49,222 nucleotides of DNA, taken from NCBI RefSeq assembly GCF_003334255.1, contig NZ_QOWU01000039.1, one strand, 5' to 3'. Origin of the DNA: Escherichia coli (GTDB lineage: Bacteria > Pseudomonadota > Gammaproteobacteria > Enterobacterales > Enterobacteriaceae). Position numbers and translations under genes: made by a program. A model generated the notes under the pieces. It was not told the DNA's origin, did not search any database, and worked only from the letters and a program-made list of their open reading frames with translations. Position 1 is the stretch's first letter. Every line of letters begins with the position of its first letter. Shown one piece after another: positions 9,538 through 20,278 of the stretch.

Positions 9538-10524
9538 GTGACCAGGACCAACCTCATCACCGGTTTTCTCGGCAGCGGGAAAACCACGTCGATTCTTCAT
9601 CTGTTAGCCCATAAAGATCCCAACGAAAAATGGGCGGTACTGGTTAATGAATTTGGGGAAGTCGGAATTGATGGTGCTTTGCTCGCCGATAGCGGCGCAT
9701 TGCTGAAAGAGATCCCCGGCGGCTGCATGTGCTGCGTTAATGGTTTACCCATGCAGGTAGGGTTGAATACCTTACTGCGTCAGGGAAAACCAGACCGCTT
9801 GTTGATAGAGCCGACCGGGCTGGGCCATCCGAAACAGATCCTCGATCTGTTAACCGCACCAGTCTATGAACCGTGGATAGATCTGCGCGCCACCTTGTGC
9901 ATTCTCGATCCGCGCTTGCTGCTGGACGAAAAAAGCGCCAGCAATGAAAACTTCCGTGACCAGCTGGCTGCCGCAGACATCATTGTCGCCAATAAATCCG
10001 ACCGTACGACGCCCGAAAGTGAGCAAGCGCTACAGCGTTGGTGGCAGCAAAATGGTGGCGATCGACAATTAATTCACAGTGAGCATGGGAAAGTTGACGG
10101 TCATCTTCTGGATTTGCCGCGTCGCAATTTAGCCGAGTTGCCCGCCAGCGCCGCGCATTCTCATCAGCATGTCGTGAAAAAAGGGTTAGCAGCGTTAAGC
10201 CTGCCAGAGCATCAACGCTGGCGTCGCAGTCTGAACAGCGGGCAAGGATATCAGGCCTGCGGCTGGATATTCGACGCTGATACGGTATTCGACACCATTG
10301 GCATTCTGGAATGGGCGCGACTTGCACCGGTGGAACGCGTCAAAGGCGTGCTGCGTATTCCCGAAGGGCTGGTGCGAATCAACCGTCAGGGCGATGACCT
10401 GCACATTGAAACGCAAAACGTTGCGCCACCGGACAGCCGTATTGAGCTGATTTCCAGCAGCGAAGCTGACTGGAATGCCTTGCAGAGCGCGCTGTTGAAG
10501 CTTCGTTTAGCGACTACCGCGTAA
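9538..10524 (+). CDS. yeiR: Zinc-binding GTPase, COG0523/CobW family
   Basis: 328-aa ORF with GTG start; P-loop GFLGSGKTT and the CxCC motif GGCMCC. Confidence 0.9.
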   Translation: MTRTNLITGFLGSGKTTSILHLLAHKDPNEKWAVLVNEFGEVGIDGALLADSGALLKEIPGGCMCCVNGLPMQVGLNTLLRQGKPDRLLIEPTGLGHPKQILDLLTAPVYEPWIDLRATLCILDPRLLLDEKSASNENFRDQLAAADIIVANKSDRTTPESEQALQRWWQQNGGDRQLIHSEHGKVDGHLLDLPRRNLAELPASAAHSHQHVVKKGLAALSLPEHQRWRRSLNSGQGYQACGWIFDADTVFDTIGILEWARLAPVERVKGVLRIPEGLVRINRQGDDLHIETQNVAPPDSRIELISSSEADWNALQSALLKLRLATTA

Positions 10525-10562
10525 GGTTGCCTGCGTTTTTCAGTAAGATAATTAGAGAAAAT

Positions 10563-11276
10563 ATGATTAAAAATTTGCCGCAAATAGTGTTGTTGAATAT
10601 TGTCGGCCTCGCGCTGTTTCTTTCCTGGTATATCCCCGTTAATCATGGATTCTGGTTGCCGATTGATGCGGATATTTTTTATTTCTTTAATCAGAAACTG
10701 GTCGAAAGTAAGGCCTTTTTGTGGCTGGTTGCATTGACCAACAATCGCGCCTTCGACGGTTGTTCACTGCTGGCGATGGGTATGTTGATGCTGAGTTTCT
10801 GGCTGAAAGAAAACGCCCCTGGCAGACGACGTATCGTGATTATTGGTCTGGTCATGCTATTAACTGCAGTGGTATTAAACCAGCTGGGTCAGGCATTAAT
10901 TCCTGTAAAACGGGCCAGCCCAACATTGACTTTTACCGATATTAACCGCGTCAGCGAACTGCTCTCTGTTCCCACGAAAGATGCCTCACGAGATAGCTTT
11001 CCCGGCGATCACGGCATGATGCTGCTTATTTTTTCGGCATTCATGTGGCGTTATTTCGGCAAAGTTGCAGGCCTTATCGCCCTTATTATTTTTGTGGTTT
11101 TTGCATTTCCCAGAGTAATGATTGGCGCACACTGGTTTACTGACATCATTGTCGGTTCGATGACCGTGATATTGATCGGTTTGCCCTGGGTGTTGCTGAC
11201 GCCATTAAGTGATCGATTAATCACCTTTTTTGACAAATCACTACCAGGAAAAAACAAACATTTCCAAAACAAATAA
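10563..11276 (+). CDS. lpxT: Lipid A 1-diphosphate synthase (PAP2-family phosphotransferase), 237 aa
   Basis: Start MIKNLPQIVLL inside ORF 10527..11276; membrane protein; synteny. Confidence 0.85.
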   Translation: MIKNLPQIVLLNIVGLALFLSWYIPVNHGFWLPIDADIFYFFNQKLVESKAFLWLVALTNNRAFDGCSLLAMGMLMLSFWLKENAPGRRRIVIIGLVMLLTAVVLNQLGQALIPVKRASPTLTFTDINRVSELLSVPTKDASRDSFPGDHGMMLLIFSAFMWRYFGKVAGLIALIIFVVFAFPRVMIGAHWFTDIIVGSMTVILIGLPWVLLTPLSDRLITFFDKSLPGKNKHFQNK

Positions 11277-11290
11277 CTCACAGTAATTAA

Positions 11291-11333
11291 CATCATCAGG
11301 GTTATTTTTATAGTGAGGATAATCCTGATGATG
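11291..11333. other. Long stem-loop (15-bp arms, 14 of 15 complementary, 12-nt spacer) directly 3' of lpxT; no T-tract
   Basis: CATCATCAGGGTTAT ... ATAATCCTGATGATG read directly. Confidence 0.5.
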
Positions 11334-11687
11334 CGCACCGTGCTTTCATCTATCGAACGCAAAAATCATTCTCTAAGTAAATGAATGGATTGCATGCGTT
11401 TCACTCAATTGTACTTTAATTGACCAACCCCGCTTATTAACTTTCTGTATCACTTTTTCTTATAAAAAATCATGTAAAACCGCTCGCCAAGACCGCACCA
11501 ATCGGGTAATCTCGAACTCGTTTTGCCTCGGCGGTAGATTATCCTCACAGCATATAATTTTGTGCGTTAGTCCACAGATTTGGCCTTAAGGAATTGTTTC
11601 AACATGCCCAGGTAATTAGTCTCGTGTCGCTTGGCATTTTTTTATAACGATATTTGTCGTTAAGGACTTCAAGGGAAAACAAACAAC

Positions 11688-12254
11688 ATGGTCAAATCTC
11701 AACCGATTTTGAGATATATCTTGCGCGGGATTCCCGCGATTGCAGTAGCGGTTCTGCTTTCTGCATGTAGTGCAAATAACACCGCAAAGAATATGCATCC
11801 TGAGACACGTGCAGTGGGTAGTGAAACATCATCACTGCAAGCTTCTCAGGATGAATTTGAAAACCTGGTTCGTAATGTCGACGTAAAATCGCGAATTATG
11901 GATCAGTATGCTGACTGGAAAGGCGTACGTTATCGTCTGGGCGGCAGCACTAAAAAAGGTATCGATTGTTCTGGTTTCGTACAGCGTACATTCCGTGAGC
12001 AATTTGGCTTAGAACTTCCGCGTTCGACTTACGAACAGCAGGAAATGGGTAAATCTGTTTCCCGCAGTAATTTGCGTACGGGTGATTTAGTTCTGTTCCG
12101 TGCCGGTTCAACGGGACGCCATGTCGGTATTTATATCGGCAACAATCAGTTTGTCCATGCTTCCACCAGCAGTGGTGTTATTATTTCCAGCATGAATGAA
12201 CCGTACTGGAAGAAGCGTTACAACGAAGCACGCCGGGTTCTCAGCCGCAGCTAA
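11688..12254 (+). CDS. mepS: Peptidoglycan DD-endopeptidase / LD-carboxypeptidase, NlpC/P60 lipoprotein
   Basis: 188-aa ORF; lipobox LLSAC; NlpC/P60 catalytic region with conserved Cys (GIDCSGF). Confidence 0.95.
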
Positions 12255-12298
12255 TAAACCGTTTGGATGCAATCCCTTGGCTATCCTGACGAGTTAAC

Positions 12299-12330
12299 TG
12301 AAAGCACTGCTTAGGCAGTGCTTTTTTGTT
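12299..12330 (+). terminator. Intrinsic terminator after mepS
   Basis: Stem AAGCACTGC/GCAGTGCTT followed by TTTTTTGTTTT. Confidence 0.7.
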
Positions 12331-12434
12331 TTCATTCATCAGAGAAAATGATGTTTCCGCGTCTTGATCCAGGCTATAGTCCGGTCATTGTTATCTTTTA
12401 AATGTTGTCGTAATTTCAGGAAATTAACGGAATC

Positions 12435-13991
12435 ATGTTCATACGCGCTCCCAATTTTGGACGTAAGCTCCTGCTTACCTGCATTGTTGCAGGCGTAATG
12501 ATTGCGATACTGGTGAGTTGCCTTCAGTTTTTAGTGGCCTGGCATAAGCACGAAGTCAAATACGACACACTGATTACCGACGTACAAAAGTATCTCGATA
12601 CCTATTTTGCCGACCTGAAATCCACTACTGACCGGCTCCAGCCGCTGACCTTAGATACCTGCCAGCAAGCTAACCCCGAACTGACCGCCCGCGCAGCGTT
12701 TAGCATGAATGTCCGAACGTTTGTGCTGGTGAAAGATAAAAAAACATTCTGTTCATCTGCGACCGGTGAGATGGACATTCCACTCAATGAATTGATTCCG
12801 GCGCTCGACATTAATAAAAACGTCGATATGGCGATCTTACCCGGCACGCCGATGGTGCCGAACAAACCCGCAATCGTCATCTGGTATCGCAACCCTTTGC
12901 TGAAAAATAGCGGCGTCTTTGCCGCTCTGAATCTCAACCTGACGCCTTCACTCTTTTATAGTTCACGGCAGGAAGATTACGATGGCGTCGCCCTCATTAT
13001 TGGCAATACTGCGCTATCTACCTTTTCTTCACGTTTGATGAACGTTAACGAATTAACCGACATGCCAGTCCGTGAAACTAAAATTGCGGGCATTCCTCTG
13101 ACCGTTCGGCTTTATGCAGATGACTGGACATGGAACGATGTGTGGTACGCATTTTTACTGGGCGGCATGAGTGGAACTGTCGTTGGCCTGCTCTGCTATT
13201 ACCTGATGAGCGTACGTATGCGCCCCGGCAGAGAAATCATGACCGCCATCAAGCGCGAACAATTTTACGTGGCGTATCAACCGGTGGTGGATACACAAGC
13301 TTTGCGAGTAACGGGCCTGGAAGTACTGCTACGCTGGCGGCATCCTGTCGCGGGAGAAATTCCCCCGGATGCCTTCATTAACTTTGCCGAATCGCAAAAG
13401 ATGATTGTGCCGCTGACTCAGCACCTGTTTGAGTTAATTGCCCGCGATGCCGCAGAATTAGAAAAAGTGCTGCCGGTAGGCGTCAAATTTGGTATTAACA
13501 TTGCGCCGGACCATCTGCACAGCGAAAGCTTTAAAGCAGATATCCAGAAACTGCTCACTTCCCTGCCCGCACACCATTTCCAGATTGTGCTGGAAATTAC
13601 CGAGCGCGATATGTTGAAAGAGCAAGAAGCCACACAACTCTTCGCCTGGCTGCACTCGGTCGGCGTAGAAATTGCTATTGATGACTTCGGCACCGGGCAC
13701 AGCGCGCTTATCTATCTTGAGCGTTTTACGCTCGATTATCTGAAAATTGACCGTGGATTTATCAACGCCATCGGTACGGAAACGATCACTTCCCCCGTAC
13801 TTGACGCGGTGCTGACGCTGGCGAAACGCCTCAATATGCTGACGGTTGCTGAAGGGGTCGAAACGCCGGAACAGGCGCGATGGCTAAGCGAACGCGGCGT
13901 TAATTTCATGCAAGGCTACTGGATTAGCCGCCCGTTACCGCTGGACGATTTTGTTCGCTGGCTAAAGAAACCGTATACGCCGCAGTGGTAA
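12435..13991 (+). CDS. pdeN: c-di-GMP phosphodiesterase (CSS-motif sensor domain plus EAL domain)
   Basis: 518-aa ORF; N-terminal TM segments; C-terminal EAL domain; synteny (rtn). Confidence 0.9.
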   Translation: MFIRAPNFGRKLLLTCIVAGVMIAILVSCLQFLVAWHKHEVKYDTLITDVQKYLDTYFADLKSTTDRLQPLTLDTCQQANPELTARAAFSMNVRTFVLVKDKKTFCSSATGEMDIPLNELIPALDINKNVDMAILPGTPMVPNKPAIVIWYRNPLLKNSGVFAALNLNLTPSLFYSSRQEDYDGVALIIGNTALSTFSSRLMNVNELTDMPVRETKIAGIPLTVRLYADDWTWNDVWYAFLLGGMSGTVVGLLCYYLMSVRMRPGREIMTAIKREQFYVAYQPVVDTQALRVTGLEVLLRWRHPVAGEIPPDAFINFAESQKMIVPLTQHLFELIARDAAELEKVLPVGVKFGINIAPDHLHSESFKADIQKLLTSLPAHHFQIVLEITERDMLKEQEATQLFAWLHSVGVEIAIDDFGTGHSALIYLERFTLDYLKIDRGFINAIGTETITSPVLDAVLTLAKRLNMLTVAEGVETPEQARWLSERGVNFMQGYWISRPLPLDDFVRWLKKPYTPQW

Positions 13992-14072
13992 GGTGTGCTT
14001 ACGTCCCTTATTATTCATAGTGAAAGCATGCCGGATTGCGGCTAATGATGAGTAAAAGGAAATCCGTTGCAG

Positions 14073-15887
14073 ATGATTGTGCGCATACTGCTGCTGTTTA
14101 TCGCTCTGTTCACCTTTGGTGTGCAGGCGCAGGCTATCAAGGAAAGCTATGCCTTTGCCGTGCTGGGCGAACCCCGGTACGCGTTTAATTTCAACCATTT
14201 TGATTATGTGAACCCCGCCGCGCCAAAAGGTGGGCAGATAACGTTGTCAGCCCTCGGCACCTTCGATAATTTCAACCGCTATGCACTGCGCGGCAACCCG
14301 GGCGCACGCACCGAGCAGCTGTACGACACGCTATTTACGACTTCCGATGACGAACCAGGCAGTTATTACCCGCTGATTGCTGAAAGCGCACGCTATGCTG
14401 ACGATTATTCCTGGGTGGAGGTCGCTATTAATCCGCGCGCCCGTTTTCATGATGGTTCGCCCATTACTGCCCGCGATGTAGAGTTTACTTTTCAAAAATT
14501 TATGACCGAAGGCGTGCCGCAATTTCGTCTGGTCTACAAAGGCACCACCGTCAAAGCCATTGCACCGTTAACCGTGCGCATTGAGTTAGCTAAACCCGGC
14601 AAAGAAGATATGCTGAGTCTGTTTTCGCTGCCGGTATTTCCAGAAAAGTACTGGAAGGATCACAAACTTAGCGACCCGCTCGCCACGCCTCCGCTTGCCA
14701 GTGGTCCGTACCGCGTTACGTCCTGGAAAATGGGGCAAAATATTGTCTATTCCCGTGTGAAAGATTACTGGGCAGCAAACTTACCGGTAAACCGTGGACG
14801 CTGGAATTTCGACACCATTCGCTACGATTATTACCTCGATGATAATGTCGCCTTTGAAGCGTTTAAAGCAGGTGCCTTTGATTTGCGTATGGAAAACGAC
14901 GCCAAAAACTGGGCCACGCGTTATACCGGTAAAAATTTCGATAAAAAATACATCATCAAAGATGAGCAAAAGAACGAATCAGCCCAGGATACGCGTTGGC
15001 TGGCGTTTAATATCCAACGTCCGGTATTCAGCGATCGCCGGGTCCGGGAAGCTATCACTCTCGCCTTTGACTTTGAATGGATGAACAAGGCGTTGTTTTA
15101 CAATGCCTGGAGTCGCACGAACAGTTATTTTCAGAATACCGAATACGCGGCCAGAAATTACCCCGACGCCGCGGAGCTGGTGCTTCTGGCACCAATGAAA
15201 AAAGATCTACCGTCAGAAGTCTTCACACAAATCTACCAGCCGCCGGTATCCAAAGGCGATGGCTACGATCGTGACAACCTGTTAAAAGCCGACAAACTTC
15301 TCAACGAAGCGGGCTGGGTGCTGAAGGGTCAGCAACGCGTTAATGCCACAACGGGTCAGCCACTCAGCTTTGAATTATTGCTTCCCGCAAGCAGCAATAG
15401 TCAGTGGGTATTGCCGTTCCAGCACAGCCTGCAACGGCTGGGTATCAACATGGACATTCGCAAGGTGGATAACTCGCAAATCACTAACCGCATGCGCAGT
15501 CGCGACTATGACATGATGCCGCGCGTATGGCGGGCGATGCCGTGGCCCAGTTCCGATTTACAGATTTCCTGGTCATCGGAATATATCAATTCCACTTATA
15601 ATGCCCCCGGCGTGCAAAGCCCGGTTATCGACTCGCTGATCAACCAAATTATTGCCGCGCAGGGAAATAAAGAAAAATTACTGCCGTTGGGGCGAGCACT
15701 GGATCGCGTATTAACGTGGAATTATTACATGCTGCCAATGTGGTACATGGCGGAAGACCGTCTCGCCTGGTGGGATAAATTCTCCCAGCCGGCCGTGCGC
15801 CCCATCTATAGCCTCGGTATCGATACCTGGTGGTATGACGTCAATAAAGCGGCCAAACTGCCGTCCGCCAGCAAACAGGGAGAGTAG
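14073..15887 (+). CDS. yejA: ABC transporter periplasmic substrate-binding protein (oligopeptide / microcin C uptake)
   Basis: ATG at 14073 within ORF 14067..15887; signal peptide; family-5 solute-binding protein; first of four ABC genes. Confidence 0.9.
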   Translation: MIVRILLLFIALFTFGVQAQAIKESYAFAVLGEPRYAFNFNHFDYVNPAAPKGGQITLSALGTFDNFNRYALRGNPGARTEQLYDTLFTTSDDEPGSYYPLIAESARYADDYSWVEVAINPRARFHDGSPITARDVEFTFQKFMTEGVPQFRLVYKGTTVKAIAPLTVRIELAKPGKEDMLSLFSLPVFPEKYWKDHKLSDPLATPPLASGPYRVTSWKMGQNIVYSRVKDYWAANLPVNRGRWNFDTIRYDYYLDDNVAFEAFKAGAFDLRMENDAKNWATRYTGKNFDKKYIIKDEQKNESAQDTRWLAFNIQRPVFSDRRVREAITLAFDFEWMNKALFYNAWSRTNSYFQNTEYAARNYPDAAELVLLAPMKKDLPSEVFTQIYQPPVSKGDGYDRDNLLKADKLLNEAGWVLKGQQRVNATTGQPLSFELLLPASSNSQWVLPFQHSLQRLGINMDIRKVDNSQITNRMRSRDYDMMPRVWRAMPWPSSDLQISWSSEYINSTYNAPGVQSPVIDSLINQIIAAQGNKEKLLPLGRALDRVLTWNYYMLPMWYMAEDRLAWWDKFSQPAVRPIYSLGIDTWWYDVNKAAKLPSASKQGE

Positions 15888-16982
15888 ATGGGCGCTTACC
15901 TGATTCGCCGTCTGTTGCTGGTGATCCCAACATTATGGGCGATTATCACCATCAACTTTTTCATCGTGCAAATTGCGCCTGGCGGTCCGGTCGACCAGGC
16001 CATCGCCGCCATTGAGTTTGGTAATGCCGGAGTATTACCCGGCGCAGGCGGTGAAGGTGTTCGTGCCAGCCATGCGCAAACGGGTGTCGGCAATATCAGC
16101 GACAGTAATTACCGTGGCGGACGCGGATTAGATCCAGAAGTGATCGCTGAGATCACTCATCGCTACGGTTTTGATAAGCCGATCCACGAACGTTACTTCA
16201 AAATGCTCTGGGACTACATCCGCTTTGATTTTGGCGATAGCCTGTTTCGCAGCGCCTCGGTGCTGACGCTGATTAAAGACAGTCTGCCGGTTTCCATCAC
16301 CCTCGGATTGTGGAGCACGCTGATTATCTATCTGGTGTCGATTCCGTTAGGCATTCGCAAAGCTGTTTATAATGGGAGCCGCTTTGACGGCTGGAGTAGC
16401 GCATTTATCATCATCGGCTACGCCATTCCGGCCTTTTTGTTTGCCATCCTGCTGATTGTCTTCTTCGCGGGCGGCAGCTATTTCGACCTGTTCCCTCTAC
16501 GCGGCCTGGTTTCCGCTAACTTTGATTCGCTGCCGTGGTATCAGAAAATCACCGATTATCTGTGGCATATCACGCTGCCGGTGCTGGCGACAGTGATTGG
16601 TGGCTTTGCGGCGCTGACCATGCTGACAAAAAACTCATTCCTTGATGAAGTGCGCAAGCAATACGTGGTGACCGCGCGTGCGAAAGGGGTAAGTGAAAAA
16701 AATATTCTCTGGAAACATGTGTTCCGCAACGCCATGCTGCTGGTGATTGCCGGTTTTCCGGCGACGTTTATCAGCATGTTTTTTACCGGCTCGCTGCTGA
16801 TTGAGGTGATGTTTTCACTCAATGGTCTGGGCTTACTGGGCTACGAAGCGACCGTCTCGCGCGATTATCCTGTAATGTTTGGTACCTTGTATATTTTCAC
16901 CCTGATTGGCCTGCTGCTGAATATTGTCAGTGATATCAGCTATACGCTGGTTGATCCGCGTATTGATTTTGAGGGACGTTAA
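15888..16982 (+). CDS. yejB: ABC transporter permease
   Basis: 364-aa ORF; start immediately after the yejA stop. Confidence 0.9.
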   Translation: MGAYLIRRLLLVIPTLWAIITINFFIVQIAPGGPVDQAIAAIEFGNAGVLPGAGGEGVRASHAQTGVGNISDSNYRGGRGLDPEVIAEITHRYGFDKPIHERYFKMLWDYIRFDFGDSLFRSASVLTLIKDSLPVSITLGLWSTLIIYLVSIPLGIRKAVYNGSRFDGWSSAFIIIGYAIPAFLFAILLIVFFAGGSYFDLFPLRGLVSANFDSLPWYQKITDYLWHITLPVLATVIGGFAALTMLTKNSFLDEVRKQYVVTARAKGVSEKNILWKHVFRNAMLLVIAGFPATFISMFFTGSLLIEVMFSLNGLGLLGYEATVSRDYPVMFGTLYIFTLIGLLLNIVSDISYTLVDPRIDFEGR

Positions 16983-18007
16983 TGTCGCGACTCAGCCCCG
17001 TCAATCAGGCCCGTTGGGCGCGTTTTCGTCATAACCGTCGCGGCTACTGGTCGTTATGGATTTTCCTCGTCTTGTTTGGTTTGAGTTTGTGTTCTGAACT
17101 TATCGCCAACGATAAACCGTTGCTGGTGCGTTATGACGGCAGTTGGTATTTCCCGTTATTGAAAAACTACAGCGAAAGCGATTTTGGCGGCCCGCTGGCA
17201 AGTCAGGCTGATTATCAGGACCCGTGGCTGAAACAACGGCTGGAAAATAACGGCTGGGTACTGTGGGCACCGATTCGCTTTGGTGCTACCAGTATCAACT
17301 TTGCTACCGATAAGCCCTTCCCTTCTCCACCCTCCCGGCAAAACTGGCTGGGAACGGATGCCAACGGCGGCGATGTGCTGGCACGCATTCTCTATGGCAC
17401 GCGGATCTCGGTTCTGTTTGGCCTGATGCTGACTCTCTGTTCCAGCGTGATGGGCGTGCTGGCGGGGGCGCTACAAGGCTATTACGGCGGTAAAGTCGAT
17501 CTCTGGGGACAACGCTTTATTGAAGTATGGTCGGGGATGCCGACGCTGTTTTTGATTATTTTACTTTCCAGCGTCGTACAGCCTAACTTCTGGTGGCTGC
17601 TGGCAATTACTGTCTTGTTTGGCTGGATGAGTCTGGTCGGCGTGGTGCGGGCGGAGTTTTTACGTACTCGTAATTTCGACTACATTCGTGCGGCACAGGC
17701 GCTTGGCGTCAGCGATCGCAGTATCATCCTGCGTCATATGTTGCCTAATGCCATGGTCGCGACCCTCACCTTTTTACCGTTTATTTTATGTAGTTCGATA
17801 ACCACCCTGACCTCGCTCGATTTCCTCGGCTTCGGTCTACCGCTCGGTTCACCGTCACTCGGTGAACTGCTGTTACAAGGGAAAAATAACCTTCAGGCCC
17901 CGTGGCTTGGGATCACCGCCTTCTTGTCGGTGGCGATATTATTGTCTTTGCTGATCTTTATTGGTGAAGCCGTCCGCGACGCATTTGATCCTAATAAGGC
18001 GGTGTAG
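16982..18007 (+). CDS. yejE: ABC transporter permease
   Basis: 341-aa ORF; TAATG overlap with yejB. Confidence 0.9.
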   Translation: MSRLSPVNQARWARFRHNRRGYWSLWIFLVLFGLSLCSELIANDKPLLVRYDGSWYFPLLKNYSESDFGGPLASQADYQDPWLKQRLENNGWVLWAPIRFGATSINFATDKPFPSPPSRQNWLGTDANGGDVLARILYGTRISVLFGLMLTLCSSVMGVLAGALQGYYGGKVDLWGQRFIEVWSGMPTLFLIILLSSVVQPNFWWLLAITVLFGWMSLVGVVRAEFLRTRNFDYIRAAQALGVSDRSIILRHMLPNAMVATLTFLPFILCSSITTLTSLDFLGFGLPLGSPSLGELLLQGKNNLQAPWLGITAFLSVAILLSLLIFIGEAVRDAFDPNKAV

Positions 18008-18008
18008 C

Positions 18009-19598
18009 ATGACGCAAACTCTGTTAGCGATTGAAAATTTGTCGGTGGGTTTTCGCCATCAGCAAACCGTACGTACAGTAGTCAATGATGTTTCACTACA
18101 GATTGAGGCTGGCGAAACGCTGGCGCTGGTGGGTGAGTCAGGTTCAGGCAAAAGCGTTACCGCGCTGTCAATTTTACGCCTGCTCCCTTCCCCGCCGGTT
18201 GAATATCTCTCCGGCGATATTCGTTTTCATGGCGAATCGCTGCTTCACGCCAGCGATCAAACGTTGCGCGGTGTACGCGGTAATAAGATCGCCATGATTT
18301 TTCAGGAACCGATGGTGTCGTTAAATCCATTGCATACCCTGGAAAAACAGCTTTATGAAGTGCTTTCACTCCACCGCGGGATGCGTCGGGAAGCGGCTCG
18401 TGGCGAAATTCTTAACTGCCTTGATCGCGTTGGTATCCGCCAGGCGGCAAAACGGCTGACAGATTATCCGCATCAGCTCTCCGGCGGCGAACGGCAGCGG
18501 GTGATGATTGCGATGGCGCTGTTAACGCGACCGGAATTATTAATTGCCGATGAACCGACCACCGCACTGGACGTCTCTGTCCAGGCGCAGATTTTACAGC
18601 TGTTGCGCGAACTGCAAGGCGAGCTGAATATGGGCATGCTGTTTATTACTCATAACCTCAGCATTGTCAGAAAACTGGCCCACCGCGTGGCGGTAATGCA
18701 AAACGGTCGCTGTGTCGAGCAAAATTACGCCGCTACGCTATTTGCATCACCCACTCATCCTTACACACAAAAGCTACTCAACAGTGAACCGTCAGGCGAT
18801 CCAGTGCCGTTGCCAGAACCTGCCTCAACGTTGCTGGATGTTGAACAGCTTCAGGTTGCCTTCCCCATTCGCAAAGGGATTTTGAAGCGCATTGTGGATC
18901 ATAATGTGGTGGTGAAAAACATCAGTTTTACGCTACGAGCGGGTGAAACACTGGGTTTAGTGGGCGAGTCCGGTTCCGGGAAAAGTACGACGGGACTGGC
19001 GCTGCTGCGACTGATTAATTCTCAGGGCAGCATCATCTTTGACGGTCAGCCACTGCAAAATTTAAATCGCCGCCAGCTGTTACCTATTCGTCATCGCATT
19101 CAGGTGGTATTTCAGGATCCAAACTCCTCGCTCAACCCACGACTCAACGTTTTGCAGATTATTGAGGAAGGCTTACGGGTTCACCAGCCGACGCTTTCTG
19201 CCGCACAACGCGAACAACAAGTGATAGCCGTGATGCATGAAGTGGGATTAGATCCTGAAACACGCCACCGTTATCCGGCGGAGTTCTCTGGTGGTCAGCG
19301 ACAACGTATTGCGATTGCCAGGGCATTAATTCTTAAGCCCTCGCTGATCATACTTGATGAACCGACATCATCACTCGACAAAACGGTACAGGCGCAAATA
19401 TTGACGCTATTGAAATCATTGCAACAAAAGCATCAACTGGCCTATTTGTTTATCAGCCACGATTTGCACGTTGTCCGCGCGTTATGTCATCAGGTTATCA
19501 TACTGCGACAAGGGGAAGTAGTGGAACAAGGACCGTGCGCGCGCGTGTTTGCCACACCGCAGCAGGAGTATACGCGTCAGCTACTGGCGTTGAGCTGA
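18009..19598 (+). CDS. yejF: ABC transporter ATP-binding protein with duplicated ATPase domains, 529 aa
   Basis: Start MTQTLLAIENL at 18009; two Walker A motifs (GESGSGKS) and two LSGG signatures. Confidence 0.9.
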   Translation: MTQTLLAIENLSVGFRHQQTVRTVVNDVSLQIEAGETLALVGESGSGKSVTALSILRLLPSPPVEYLSGDIRFHGESLLHASDQTLRGVRGNKIAMIFQEPMVSLNPLHTLEKQLYEVLSLHRGMRREAARGEILNCLDRVGIRQAAKRLTDYPHQLSGGERQRVMIAMALLTRPELLIADEPTTALDVSVQAQILQLLRELQGELNMGMLFITHNLSIVRKLAHRVAVMQNGRCVEQNYAATLFASPTHPYTQKLLNSEPSGDPVPLPEPASTLLDVEQLQVAFPIRKGILKRIVDHNVVVKNISFTLRAGETLGLVGESGSGKSTTGLALLRLINSQGSIIFDGQPLQNLNRRQLLPIRHRIQVVFQDPNSSLNPRLNVLQIIEEGLRVHQPTLSAAQREQQVIAVMHEVGLDPETRHRYPAEFSGGQRQRIAIARALILKPSLIILDEPTSSLDKTVQAQILTLLKSLQQKHQLAYLFISHDLHVVRALCHQVIILRQGEVVEQGPCARVFATPQQEYTRQLLALS

Positions 19599-19601
19599 CG
19601 C

Positions 19602-19946
19602 TTAAAAAGGATTGTAGTTTGAAAAGGGTTCGGCAATTGCCACACCAAAATTTTTCAATCGGCATGTTGCAGCAAACTCGTCCTGGCGATTTACAAACAG
19701 GCACGGCTCACCTTCACACTCCAGCACCGAACATGGAACTTCGATGTCGCTTAACGCCTGGCTTAGTTTATACATCACCGACCATGCATTATCACCATCC
19801 GGGCTAAGCAATTTAAGCGCCACCAGGCTGTTGTCACCGCACGGTCCATTTTGCGGAATCGGTTCAACCTTCGAACCTGCGAAACCAGCAGACCAGCGAT
19901 AGTTCTGCGGCAGTCGATGGACGATTGAGAGTTGTAATGAAGTCAC
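19602..19946 (-). CDS. yejG: Uncharacterised protein YejG
   Basis: 114-aa ORF in the expected synteny position; convergent with yejF. Confidence 0.75.
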
Positions 19947-20278
19947 TTATTTTCCCCGGAAGCACATTCACTTCACAATTTGTTTACATCAATTTTAACA
20001 CATCATCGACAATCCGTCTTTATACAGATCGTAAAGATTGATGCCTCGCCTGCGTGGCCTCTATGGCTCTGATTTAAGTAATATCTGCGGGCGTGGTCAC
20101 GTTTGCGGGGCTATATGTACCCGTTTCTGCGATCTAACTCAACCTTTTTAACTACAATGATGTGACTTTTTACATAAATTGATTTTACATAAAATAAACA
20201 TATATCGGGGGAATGATAGATTTGTGGTTGACATGCATCAACAAAGGAAGCCTTTTAGCTTCCTCGTTGTGCAATAGA

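Noticed and set aside
11051-11362. 103-aa minus-strand ORF overlapping the lpxT 3' end and the downstream hairpin
   Set aside because: Overlaps lpxT on the opposite strand, has no start context, and is explained by the AT-rich intergenic sequence
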